Source of the DNA: Balanoglossus misakiensis
Taxonomy: Eukaryota > Animalia > Hemichordata
Assembly: GCA_040954595.2 (NCBI GenBank)
Contig: CM082595.2
Coordinates: 7,182,193-7,246,192, forward strand
Direction: 5' to 3'
DNA length: 64,000 bases
The notes under the pieces were generated by a model. It searched no databases, was not told the DNA's origin, and saw nothing but the letters and a program-made list of their open reading frames with translations. A program made the translations under genes and the position numbers. This document shows, piece by piece, positions 1 through 12,296 of this stretch (within the stretch, counting starts at the first letter, position 1; each line of letters opens with the position of its first letter).

Positions 1-140
1 TATATAGTGGCCACTTTGCAATTGTTACAGTCCCAGTGCAATTCACATATGAATTACTTAACCTCTATATAAAGGCCATCTGTCTATAAAGGCCAGTTTA
101 GGAAAGTCCCTTGACTGGCCACAATAGAGAGGTTTGACTG
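1..140. mobile_element. TA-flanked Tc1/mariner-like MITE (left end outside window) in intron 1 of HNMT-like copy A
   Basis: Ends ...agagaggtttgactg|ta. Near-identical to the complete copy at 5445-5607. Confidence 0.7.
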
Positions 141-452
141 TATTGCTCATTAACTTTGAGATTTGCAAACCGAACACACGCTTCCACGGGTTGTTTTTAC
201 ATGTGTAATTCAGTTGACCTTTTCCATGGTATATTGGGATTAATCGATTCGGTATTTCAATGAATTAAATTAATTATTAGAATTTTTGCTGCGATGATGT
301 GACATTGGCTGTGATGTTTTTGCGATTTTCACTTGTCTTTGGTCCGTTGAAAATCGCGATATTACCCGCGCTTACATGAGTTATTGCTTGATCGAAATTT
401 CTCGTTCGTTGATTGATATTTCGATTTGTGTTATTTTCCCTCAAATTATTAG

Positions 453-1425
453 GATCCAATGATATCGACATCATCGACCACTTGAGCGGTACATTCGAGC
501 GGGTCTTCTACGTCGTCGTGGAGCCTGGACAACATCAGGTCCAGAAGTTCAAAGATTTGGTTGCAACAAAGCAGGAAGAAGGTCTATGGAAAGGCGTTAG
601 TTTCGAGTTCCACGCAGCTACCATAGAAGACTACCTTGAAGAGATTCGTGGAGAGGGAAGCCAGTGCAAGTTCCACGTGATTCACGCACAACACTGCGCG
701 TACTACATCTCATCCCAAGAACGCGTATTTGCAGATCTATACCAACTACTGAACAAAGACGGGGTTCTCTTATATATAATTGTTGCAGGTAGCTAAATAT
801 AACTTCTGCAATTGTATTACAAACAATAGATTCCATCGAACCATGTAAACGTGTATACTTCACCGGCCTGTCATTGGAACCTGCCCTTAGTGCAGTTAAA
901 AGCATTTGAACCGCAAGAACATCAAATTACTATAATTAAAGATGTTTATGTACTATGAGAATATACTTTTATCTTAACAGGGTGCATGCAGTTTCAATGT
1001 AAACATAGTATTTTGGTGTATTATCCTCCCAAATTCAAATTATAAAATAATCTGTTTATCGAATTACAATTTTCTTGTGTAAAGGTCCTGCTGAGCCGTT
1101 GTTGCGGGGTATGGCGAAACTAAATCAAGCGTGTAGGTGCACAGGTTCGAGTGCTCTACTGACAGCAATGCGTAGCCAACTCCCGGATGTAGAGATCAAG
1201 ACAGCGTACAGAAAGTGTGGAGTCAGAGCCGATGAAATCTTTGAAGACACGACAGAAGGAAACATGTTGCTAGATTTCTACTCTTTGTCATCCAACTTCC
1301 GAAAACACAATACCAAAGATGTTGTCAGCGAATTTCTGGCCTTCCTGAAGGACAACATGTACCAAGTTGACGGTAAATTATACCTTCCGGACGACGAAGA
1401 AGAAATCGTTATAATCAAGGTTTAA
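453..1425 (+). CDS. HNMT: Histamine N-methyltransferase-like, copy A (coding exons 2-3; exon 1 lies upstream of the window)
   Basis: Exons 453-788 and 1085-1425 with phase-1 AG/GT junctions. Motifs VVVEPG, IHAQHCAYY and GNMLLDF match HNMT VVEPS, IHMIQMLYY and GDLLWDF. Confidence 0.85.
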
Positions 1426-1654
1426 TCCATCGTTGGGTCATGAAACCGCCGACTTCGTTACATACCGATTTCTTACGTTTTCGTTCCCCTAAAGATTATT
1501 GATCCAAATATTGCAATCAGTTAAAATTGAAAAATTGCCCAATTTCAAATGACCTTTTAAAATTTTTGGCAACTTCATGATACTAATTATGTCGTTTATA
1601 CTCTTTTGACCATTGTTCCGCTTATTCCCTGCCATGATAAGGTATAAACAGTCT

Positions 1655-3263
1655 TGCCTTTTCAGTATTGAAGTGTTATATTGATGGCCATACAGGTGAT
1701 GTTGAAGTGGTTAATATGTGGAAAGACCATTACGAGAATACAAAAACTGGAAAAGAGTCCGCACCTGCTTTTATGAACATTGAGTACTGTGATGACATGA
1801 TTGTACACCATGAAGAAATGTGTGAATTAATTGAGAACCTTAAGACGGGTGCATCGTCGGGTATCGACATGGTGTCACCTGAGCACCTGAAGTATGCGTC
1901 ATACAGAGTCAGTGTTCTACTTTCCCTCTGTTTCACGGCTATTTTAATTCATGGCATTGTTCCCAAACAATTGATGACTACGGTTTTAGTTCCCATTCCA
2001 AAAAACCCAGGTGGTGACATTTGTGACAAATCTAACTACCGTCCTGTTGCTGTTGCAACAACGATATCTAAACTGTTAGAGAGAGTTTGGTTAAATCGCT
2101 GCATGGATTGTTTAACGACTAGCGAGCACCAGTTTGGATTTAAACCAGGCCATGGTATATACCGATATGTCAATTTTTATTCTTAAAGAAATTTTGAATT
2201 ATTACACGCGTTGTAACACTCCAGTTTTGTCACCTTTATGGATGCATCCAAAGCTTTTGTTTATGTTCGTCACGATATTCTCTTTGTAAAACTTTTGGCG
2301 AGGGGTGTCAATCCTTATTTCATTAAGATTTTGTCATACATGTATAGGCACCAAGATTTTGTGGTGAGATGGAATGGGTTGTTATCTGAACCCTTTCACT
2401 CAAAGAATGGGGTTAAACTGGGGGGAATTACGTCACCTATATTTTTCACAGTTTACTTGGATGATATTAGCAAAAATCTTTCCGCTCTTCCGTATGGCTG
2501 CCTTGTAGGGGACTATAAGGTTAATAATTTAATTTACGCCGATGATTTGATTATTATATCTACTGGAGCCTATGGCCAGCAGATGCTTGTTGATACTTGT
2601 GGTCATGATGGCAGCATTAATTCAATTTTCTTTTATGAGAAAAAAAAACAGTCTGTATGTTAATTCAACCAAGTATGCGCAGGCTCAGACACGTTCCAAT
2701 TTATCTGAACGGCAGAATGCTGAATTATTTCAATGTTTATAAATATCTTGGTCACCTTATCACTTAGGGATAATGAGGACATTCTAGCTCAAACTCGCCA
2801 ATTTTATATTCACGGTAATGCTATTATTCGTGATTTTAAATGTGCGTCTATCTCTGTTAAATGTCATTTGTTTTCTGTATTTTGTGATATCCCGTATTGC
2901 TCTTACTATACTTATGGAGTGCTTTTTCGGTGTGTATTTTCAATGCAGTTAGGAGAGCTTACTCCCAGGTTTTCCGTAAATTGTCTGGTTTTAAACATTC
3001 TTTTATTCAGAGCAACAGTGCGATGTTTGTTAATCTTTCTATTTTAACTTTTGATGAAATACTCCGGAAAAAATCATTCAGCTTTTTAAGCAGACTCCAC
3101 CTCTCAAGTAATCCACTTGTAGCCAGTATTTTATCACTATCAGTGTTCTCAAATAGTGGACTTTGGGAGGTTTGGAGTACACGATTGTTTTGATGTTTTT
3201 ATGCTGTTTAGCTTTGCTATGGATTAATAATCTGAAATAAAGATGTAATGATAATAATAATAA
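1655..3263 (+). mobile_element. 5'-truncated, frameshifted non-LTR retrotransposon (RT domain; RTE-X-like)
   Basis: Broken ORFs 1668-2186, 2238-2663 and 2733-3193 carry YRPVAV..SKLLE, QFGFKPGH, DASKAF, GVKLGGITSP, YADD and YKYLGH. The 3' end has ctgaaataaa followed by a (TAA)n tail. The clade call is from motif memory. Confidence 0.85.
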
Positions 3264-3417
3264 CTTATGCGTTAGACCCGGCCCGGTCCAGAAAAAATGA
3301 CTCCAAACGCCCCAACGTTTTATAATCAAGACGGCCTACTCATCATTATGTAGATCTGGATATGCGTATAGATATCAGGGTGTCAGATACCGAACATCCG
3401 TTGTACGGGAACAGTAG

Positions 3418-3488
3418 TAGTCTGGTTCCCTGCCCCAATCCCACTGCTGGCTGCGCCAGCGGTGAGATTGGGGCAGGGAACCAGAGTA
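3418..3488. mobile_element. 71-bp palindromic MITE with TAG...CTA-type termini and 9-bp TSD (AcademH-like non-autonomous)
   Basis: TIR tagtctggttccctgccccaatc / gattggggcagggaaccagagta. TSD gaacagtag at 3409-3417 and 3489-3497. Confidence 0.8.
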
Positions 3489-4716
3489 GAACAGTAGACG
3501 TGCTGGTTCAATCGTGGGACGAAATGGCATGTTGACGAAATGTTAACAAAAAATGTTCCTTGTAAGGTTTACCTAGTGTGGCAAGCAATATTATGACGCC
3601 TTTTCAATGGTGTCATTTCAGCCATCGACTATACACATTGGTGAACACGCTTCACATAAAATGGCAAAACATGAACGCGTTTTTGTTTGTCACTAGCAGA
3701 TAAGCAGCTGACAAAACACACATTTTATTGCTAATATGATGTTTCTTTGCCCAAAAATGAGAAAAGCTTCATGTGATCGCAATTAACGTGTACTCACCCA
3801 CCACCACGTAAAACTCAATGCCGTTTACGTGAATGCCAGTTTTGACACAAAGATCGACGACGTCATAGGCCATAGGTCGATACCCTCGTGTAATTATTTA
3901 TTTAGAATGCCACTAGGACAGATATTTTGTGAGTAGAAATGAAAATATGAGTGTCAAATGTACATGTAACTGAAAGGGAAAATACTTTTCAATTTGTATT
4001 CGTGGAGTTTTCCCATCAGCAACTTCGGCTGGGTCATGTGACCAAACCAGATCCGCCAGAGACGGATGTTGGACTTAACGGTGGGAGTTTGAACTTCTCT
4101 GTGAGTATTGCATCCTTTGAGCCAACGTAGCGAACTAGCTGTGGCGTGAGTTTTCAATTGAGAAACTGTCGTTTTAACGCTTGTATCGTCCGAGCTTTCA
4201 CATAATACCTGCAGCAGGTTGAATGCCCAGTACCCCGGAGATTGGACCTTAACCATACCTCAAGGTCGCACCTGCAACGACCCATCGACTGAGCCTTTGA
4301 TTTTATTTATCTACGCACTCGATTGTTATCAGGCTGACTGAATGGGCATGTAACAGAATTTGCAACATTGTTGTGTGAAGCAGACGCAGTGTCTCGGATT
4401 ACATTACAGAGTGAATATACGACCGAGACACTTGATGAAATCAAAAGTTCAAACTTTGTAATGAATAAAGAACACGGTAAAAGTTGTGCGTGTTTTGTAC
4501 GCTCACGTTTTGTACACTCCGATCCGTTACAGAATCAGTATACATCAGCGTTCGCATCCTCTAATAACGACAGTAACACGATCGAATTTTCTACAGAATA
4601 AACTGATCTTTGTCACTGGGCTTTTACAATTTTCGCGAAACCATTTTGGTTTTCTTCACTGATCACGTAGGCCAGTCACCTTTTGCAGGTCGACATACCT
4701 TCGCTTAATGTGGGTC

Positions 4717-5050
4717 AAGGTTATCGCGTCATTGAGTAGCGAGCTCGATAAAAGTAAGCTTTATGTCTGTAAACAACAATTCGACAATTTTCTAGTGGTG
4801 GAACGTCTATAGTGATATAGAAACATTTGTAACGCTATTCAGATTCTAATCCTTTCCCTGGATCATGGAACAATTGGATATGTATCCATTTAGCTTGCAC
4901 GTGATAATATGTAGTACAAGGTTATCGCGCCCTTGAGAAGTGACCTTGTTAAATGTTTGTCTGTAAACACCAATCGACAATTTTCCGAGGTGGATAATCT
5001 TCGTTGAAATAAAATATGTTAAGACTATTCAAAAACTTAATCCTTTCACC
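4717..5050. repeat. Degenerate ~200-bp tandem duplication upstream of HNMT-like copy B
   Basis: caaggttatcgcg...tgtctgtaaaca...cgacaatttt...aatcctttc occurs at ~4717 and ~4917. Confidence 0.6.
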
Positions 5051-5231
5051 CGTTTTCAACCATTAAAACTGTAAAGAAGACAAAATTAATTGTGCAGATG
5101 GTCATTTTGAGTTTCAATCTGAACAACATTTGCATAAGGATTTCGACTTTATTAGAATCTGTACAAGTATGTTCCTTTTCCCCACAACGTAAACTTGTTT
5201 ATTTTGTCAAATATTTAGAATTCAGATAGGG

Positions 5232-5388
5232 ATGGATCCCGCCAATCTGGAATACTATTCCGTATTTCTCCAAAAAAGAATTGATTTCACCGGCGGTCCA
5301 CGACTTCAGATTTTCCGAGATAAACTAAGAAATGATATGATCGGTGAAAACTCTGCTTTACGAGTTCTGGCAATCGGCACATGTGATG
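5232..5388 (+). pseudogene. HNMT: HNMT-like copy B: exon 1 only, truncated in intron 1
   Basis: MDPANLEYYSVFLQKRIDFTGGPRLQIFRDKL...VLAIGTCDG then gtaggt donor. The following intron matches window 1-397, then jumps at ~5824 into the upstream region of copy C. No exon 2 or 3. Confidence 0.8.
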
Positions 5389-5444
5389 GTAGGTGTAAAG
5401 TTTTTGGGTGGAATTTTACGTTATGGAGCTAGTTTTTGAGTATA

Positions 5445-5607
5445 CAGTCAAATCTCTGTTAGTGGCCACCTATATATAGTGGCCACTTTGCAATTGTTAC
5501 AGTCCCAGTGCAATTCACATTGTGCATTAATTAACCTCTATATCAAAGCGCTCTGTCAGTTTAGGAAAGTCCCTTGACTGACCACTATATATAGACAGGT
5601 TCGACTG
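5445..5607. mobile_element. TA-flanked Tc1/mariner(pogo)-like MITE
   Basis: ta|cagtcaaatctct ... gacaggttcgactg|ta. Absent at the homologous intron position of copies C, D and E. Confidence 0.75.
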
Positions 5608-6350
5608 TATTGCTCGCTAACGCTACCACGGTTATTTTGTTCCATGTGAAATTCACTTGACCTTTACCATGGGATATTGGGATCAATCGTTTCGGTGTTT
5701 TAATGACGTAAATTAATTATTAGAAATTTTGCTGCGATGATGTGACATTGGCTGTGATGTTTTTGTGATTTTCACTTGTCTTTGCGATATTACCCGCGCT
5801 TACATGAGTTATTGTTTGATCGAAATATGGAGTGCATGACTAACAGGTGAATTTGACGGTTGTTCCTCCAGTCATGATAAATTCCCCCACATCACTCATC
5901 CGTGAAGTAGCTTTCCCATCCGATGGGTTTTGACATACTGATAGCAGTAAACACAACAATTTAAACACAAAAGATTGACGAATTTATGTAAACCCTTAGC
6001 TATTAATGTTGGCTTGTCAAAAGGTCAATTCAGCAGAATATGCACACTGTCTATTCCAATGTTGGTTTTGTAGACTAATGACTCGTTGGAGGACATACAC
6101 TGAGAAAACCATTTTGGATTGTTAATAGCGTATAACCAATATAGTTTAAATTCGTTTGCAACCATTACAATTAAAACTGTGATGAGAGAAGGCCATTTTG
6201 ATTTTCAGCTGTGGACAACATTTGCATAAGGACATTGACTGTGTTCGACTCTTGGCAAGCACATCAGTACTCCTTTCCTTTTCCCCCACAACGTAAACGT
6301 GTATGTTTTGCACAAATACCAAATATTTGTCAATTTATTTTTCAATTCAG

Positions 6351-7958
6351 ATGGAGATGGATCCAGACGATGGTAAAAATTTGTGCCAAGCAACAGACGA
6401 CTATCTTGAAGACTTTTCCATATTTCTCAAAAACAGAATTGATTTCACCGGCGGTCCACGACTTCAGATCTTCCGAGATAAACTAGCAGATGTCATGATC
6501 GGTGAAAACTCTGCTTTGCGTGTTCTAGCAATCGGCACATCTGATGGTAGGTGCTTTTGTGCTCTGTAATGTAAATGGGACTAGTTTTAAGTACATTTTG
6601 GTAATGCGAGATTTGCAAACCAAACAAACAATATCACTGTTTGCTCGGTTGTGTCATGTGCAATTCACTTGAATTTTACCTTTACATAAAGAATGAATAA
6701 TATTTGGCATTTACAAACTATTGGTTCAAATTCTAAATCTATTATTGGATAGTTTTACTGCGATGGGGATAGTGTCCGTTGGTTGTCATGGGTAGTTTTG
6801 TTCAATGACGTTACTGCATTAATTGCGTCCTTGGCTGTATAGCATCGATGTTTGTGTGATTTTCACCGGTATTTGGGCTGGCGATATTGGCCGCTGTTTC
6901 ATGTGTTACTGTTTGATCGAAATATTTCATTGTTGACATTTCGTATTGTGTTACAGGATCCAATGATGTTGAGGTCATCGACCACTTGAGCGGTAAATTC
7001 AAGCGGGTCTTCTACGTCGTCGTGGAGCCTGGACAACACCAGGTCCATAAGTTCAAAGATTTGGTTGCGAAAAAGCAGGAAGAAGGTCTGTGGAAAGGCG
7101 TTAGTTTCCAGTTCCACGCAGCTACCATAGAAGACTACCTTGAAGGGATTCGAGGAGAGGGAAGCCAGTGCAAGTTCCACGTGATTCACGCACAACACTG
7201 CGCGTACTACTTCTCATCCCAAGAACGCGTATTGGCAGATCTATACCAACTACTGAAAAATGAAGGGGTGCTATTATATACAATTGTTGCAGGTAGCTAT
7301 TTGAATAACTTCTCCAATTGTATTATAAACAATAGATTCCATCGAACCATGTATACGTGTATAATTCACCGGCCTGTCATGGGACCCTGTCTTTAGTGCA
7401 GTTAAAAGCATTTGAACTAAGGTATATGCACCGCAAGAACGTCAAATTACTATAATTAAAGATGTCCATGTACTATGAGAACATACTTTTATCTTAACAG
7501 TTTCAATGTAAACATAGTATTTTTGGTGTATTATCCTAAGCTCCCAAATTAAATTTTAAAATTGACCGAAGCTTATAGAATAATCCGTTTATCGAATTCC
7601 AATTTTCTTTTGTCAAGGTCCTGCTGAGACGTTGGTTCATGGAATAGCGAAACTAAATGCAGCGTGTAGATGCACAGGTTCGAATGCTCTACTGACCGTA
7701 ATGCGTAGCCAATTCCCGGATGTAGAGATCAAGACAGCGTACAGAAAGTGCGGAGTCAGAGCCGATGAAATCTTTGAAGACACGACAGACGGAAACATGT
7801 TGCTAGATTTCTACGCTTTGACATCAGACTTCCGAAAACAGAATACCAAAGATGTTGTCAGCGAATTTCTGGCCTTCCTAAAGGACAACATGTACCAAGT
7901 CGACGGTCAATTATATCTTCCGGACGATGAAGAAGAAATCATTATAGTAAAGAATTGA
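6351..7958 (+). CDS. HNMT: Histamine N-methyltransferase-like, copy C (290 aa, intact)
   Basis: Exons 6351-6546, 6957-7292 and 7618-7958 total 873 nt in frame. Class I SAM-MT motif VLAIGTSDG plus VVEP, HAQHCAYY and LLDF. Length and intron positions (after motif-I Gly and after IVAG) fit vertebrate HNMT. Confidence 0.9.
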
Positions 7959-8414
7959 TGCATCGTTAAGGCTTGCAACCATTGCCTGTTGGTTATGTTA
8001 AGATGTGGAACTTGGCCAATTTTACTACAAGGTGATTCTTAACTGTTTCCTAGCAACGACAATATACCTCCACGCAATGTTTCTACCATGCATGCAGTGT
8101 CATATATTTTCTTTTAATTATTACAGATATATGGATGTATACCCTGTTTAGGGTGAAACTAATTATATTATTTTTCGAAGCCATGTGCAAATGAGCATAA
8201 AGTCTAATAAAGTTAATTTATAACTGTAATCATTCTGTGGAAGCTTATTATCTCTACATGTTTCAAAGACAGATAAGACGTACCTTTTCGCAAATGACAG
8301 AAGTTTCTTTACTAAACATACAAAAACACGATTTTTATTTCGTTAAGCGTGTGATCACTTAACATATCACACATGTGATATGCAAATTAGCAGAGATCGA
8401 ACAGGACCTTGTCG

Positions 8415-8654
8415 TAGTCTGGTCCCCTGCCCCATTCCTACCGCTGGCTGCGCTACGCTAAAAGGAAAGGGGTCAGGTACGGGCCGCCATATTGGTTAAA
8501 AACCTGGCCCGCATATTAAAACGAAACGAAGAGCACGTGATCATACGCAAGATGGATGCCTCCAATGACAGCCATGTTTACAATAGCCCGTGTCTGACCC
8601 TTTCCTTTTAGCGTAGCGCAGCCAGCGGTAGGAACGGGGCAGGGGACCAGACTA
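8415..8654. mobile_element. 240-bp AcademH-like MITE with 10-bp TSD
   Basis: ~65-bp TIR tagtctggtcccctgccccattcctaccgctggctgcgctacgctaaaaggaaaggg. TSD gaccttgtcg at 8405-8414 and 8655-8664. Confidence 0.85.
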
Positions 8655-9323
8655 GACCTTGTCGGAACTACCTTCTGTTTGTAGATATCTGTTTTAACAT
8701 TGACGCTTTTATTTCACAGTGCAGTGTTGGTCGTTACATAAAATGTGTATAATGTAGAGAGAGAAAAAGTACAGAACATGCACTATCTTATACACAGCCT
8801 GAATATGGAGTGCGTGACTAACAGGTGAATTTGACGGTTGTTCCTCCAGTCATGATAAATTCCCTCACATCACTCATCCGTGAAGTAGCTTTCCCATCCG
8901 ATGGGTTTTGACATACTGATAGCAGTAAACACAACAATTTAAACACAAAAGATTGACGAATTTATGTAAACCCTTAGCTATTAATGTTGGCTTGTCAAAA
9001 GGTCAATTCAACAGAATATGCACACTGTCTATTCCAATGTTGGTTTTGTAGACTAATGACTCGTTGGAGGACATACACTGAGAAAACCATTTTGGATTGT
9101 TAATAGCGTATAACCAATATAGTTTACATTCGTTTGCAACCATTACAATTGAAACTGTGATGAGAGAAGGCCATTTTGATTTTCAGCTGTGGGCAAAATT
9201 TGCATAAGGACATTGACTGTGTTCGACTCTTGGCAAGCACACCAGTACTCCACCCCCCCCCCAACGTAAACGTGTATGTTTTGCACAAATACCAAATATT
9301 TGTCAATGTATTTTTTAATTCAG

Positions 9324-10978
9324 ATGGAGATGGATCCAGACGATGGTAAAAATTTGTGCCAAGCAACAGACGACTATCTAGAAGACTTTTCCATATTTCT
9401 CAAAAACAGAATCGATTTCACCGGCGGTCCACGACTTCAGATCTTCCGAGATAAACTAGCAGATGTAATGATCGGTGAAAACTCTGCTTTGCGTGTTCTG
9501 GCAATCGGCACATCTGATGGTAGGTGCTTTTGTGCTCTGTAATGTAAATGGGACTAGTTTTAAGTACATTTTGGTAATGCGAGATTTGCAAACCAAACAA
9601 ACAATATCACTGTTTGCTCGGTTGTGTCATGTGCAATTCACTTGAATTTTACCTTTACATAAAGAATGAATAATATTTGGCATTTACAAACTATTGGTTC
9701 AAATTCTAAATCTATTATTGGATAGTTTTACTGCGATGGGGATAGTGTCCTTTGGTTGTCATGGGTAGTTTTGTTCAATGACGTTACTGCATTAATTGCG
9801 TCCTTGGCTGTATAGCATCGATGTTTGTGTGATTTTCACAGGTATTTGGGCTGGTGAAAATGGCGATATTGGCCGCTGTTTCATGTGTTACTGTTTGATC
9901 GAAATATTTCATTGTTGACATTTCGTATTGTGTTACAGGATCCAATGATGTTGAGGTCATCGACCACTTGAGCGGTAAATTCAAGCGGGTCTTCTACGTC
10001 GTCGTGGAGCCTGGACAACACCAGGTCCATAAGTTCAAAGATTTGGTTGCGAAAAAGCAGGAAGAAGGTCTGTGGAAAGGCGTTAGTTTCCAGTTCCATG
10101 CAGCTACCATAGAAGACTACCTTGAAGGGATTCGAGGAGAGGGAAGCCAGTGCGAGTTCCACGTGATTCACGCACAACACTGCGCGTACTACTTCTCATC
10201 CCAAGAACGCGTATTTGCAGATCTATACCAACTACTGAACAAAGACGGGGTGCTATTATATACAATTGTTGCAGGTAGCTAAATATTCGTCTTTGAATAA
10301 CTTCTCCAATTGTATTATAAACAATAGATTCCATCGAACCATGTATACGTGTATACTTCACCGGCCTGTCATGGGACCCTGTCTTCAGTGCAGTTAAAAG
10401 CATTTGAACTAAGGTATAGGCAACTTCTGTCAAGACATGTACGCGTACACCGCAAGAACGTCAAATTACTATAATTAAAGATGTCCATGTACTATGAGAA
10501 CATACTTTTATCTTAACAGTTTCAATGTAAACATAGTATTTTTGGTGTATTATCCTTAGCTCCCAAATTAAAATTATAAAATTGACCGAAGCTTATAGAA
10601 TAATCCGTTTATCGAATTCCAATTTTCTTTTGTCAAGGTCCTGCTGAGACGTTGGTTCATGGAATAGCGAAACTAAATGCAGCGTGTAGATGCACAGGTT
10701 CGAATGCTCTACTGACCGTAATGCGTAGCCAACTCCCGGATGTAGAAATCAAGACAGCGTACAGAAAGTGCGGAGTCAGAGCCGATGAAATCTTTGAAGA
10801 CACGACAGAAGGAAACATGTTGCTAGATTTCTACGCTTTGACATCAGACTTCCGAAAACAGAATACCAAAGATGTTGTCAGCGAATTTCTGGCCTTCCTA
10901 AAGGACAACATGTACCAAGTCGACGGTCAATTATATCTTCCGGACGATGAAGAAGAAATCATTATAGTAAAGAATTGA
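9324..10978 (+). CDS. HNMT: Histamine N-methyltransferase-like, copy D (290 aa, intact)
   Basis: Exons 9324-9519, 9939-10274 and 10638-10978. Same lengths and phases as copy C, with a near-identical protein. Confidence 0.9.
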
Positions 10979-11434
10979 TGCATCGTTAAGGCTTGCAACC
11001 ATTGCCTGTTGGTTATGTTAAGATGTGGAACTTGGCCAATTTTACTACAAGGTGATTCTTAACTGTTTCCTAGCAACGACAATATACCTCCACGCAATGT
11101 TTCTACCATGCATGCAGTGTCATATATTTTCTTTTAATTATTACAGATATATGGATGTATACCCTGTTTAGGGTGAAACTAATTATATTATTTTTCGAAG
11201 CCATGTGCAAATGAGCATAAAGTCTAATAAAGTTAATTTATAACTGTAATCATTCTGTGGAAGCTTATTATCTCTACATGTTTCAAAGACAGATAAGACG
11301 TACCTTTTCGCAAATGACAGAAGTTTCTTTACTAAACATACAAAAACACGATTTTTATTTCGTTAAGCGTGTGATCACTTAACATATCACACATGTGATA
11401 TGCAAATTAGCAGAGATCGAACAGGACCTTGTTG

Positions 11435-11674
11435 TAGTCTGGTCCCCTGCCCCATTCCTACCGCTGGCTGCGCTACGCTAAAAGGAAAGGGGTCAGGTAC
11501 GGGCCGCCATATTGGTTAAAAACCTGGCCCGCATATTAAAACGAAACAAAGAGCACGTGATCATACGCAAGATGGATGCCTCCAATGACAGCCATGTTTA
11601 CAATAGCCCGTGTCTGACCCTTTCCTTTTAGCGTAGCGCAGCCAGCGGTAGGAACGGGGCAGGGGACCAGACTA
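11435..11674. mobile_element. AcademH-like MITE (duplicate of 8415-8654 within the tandem unit)
   Basis: Same TIRs. TSD gaccttgttg / gaccttgtcg. Confidence 0.85.
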
Positions 11675-12296
11675 GACCTTGTCGGAACTACCTTCTTTTT
11701 GTAGATATCTGTTTTAACATTGACGCTTTTATTGCACAGTGCAGTGTTGGTCGCTACATAAAATGTGTATAACGTAGAGAGAGAAAAAGTACAGAACATG
11801 CACTATCTTATACACATCCTGAATATGGAGTGCGTGACTAACGGGTGAATTTGACGGTTGTTCCTCCAGTCATGATAAATTCCTCCACATCACTCATCCG
11901 TGAAGTAGCTTTCCCATCCGATGGGTTTTGACATACTGATAGCAGTAAACACAACAATTTAAACACAAATGATTGACGAATTTATGTAAACCCTTAGCTA
12001 TTAATGTTGGCTTGTCAAAAGGTCAATTCAGCACTGTCTATTCCAATGTTGGTTTTGTAGACTGATGACTCGTTGGAGGACATACACTGAGAAAACTATT
12101 TTGGATTGTTAATAGCGTATAACCAATAAAGTTTACATTCGTTTGCAACCATTACAATTGAAACTGTGATGAGAGAGGGCCATTTTGATTTTCAGCTGTG
12201 GACAAAATTTGCATGAGGACATTGACTGTATTCGACTCTTGGCAAGCACATCAGTACTCCTTTCCCCGACCACGTAAACTTTTATATTTTGCACAG

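Noticed and set aside
3954-4256. 100-aa minus-strand ORF
   Set aside because: No recognisable homology or splice support.
6811-7198. Repeated antisense ORFs over HNMT, sulfotransferase and ATP-grasp exons
   Set aside because: Shadow ORFs that recur only because the DNA is duplicated. They have no recognisable motifs.
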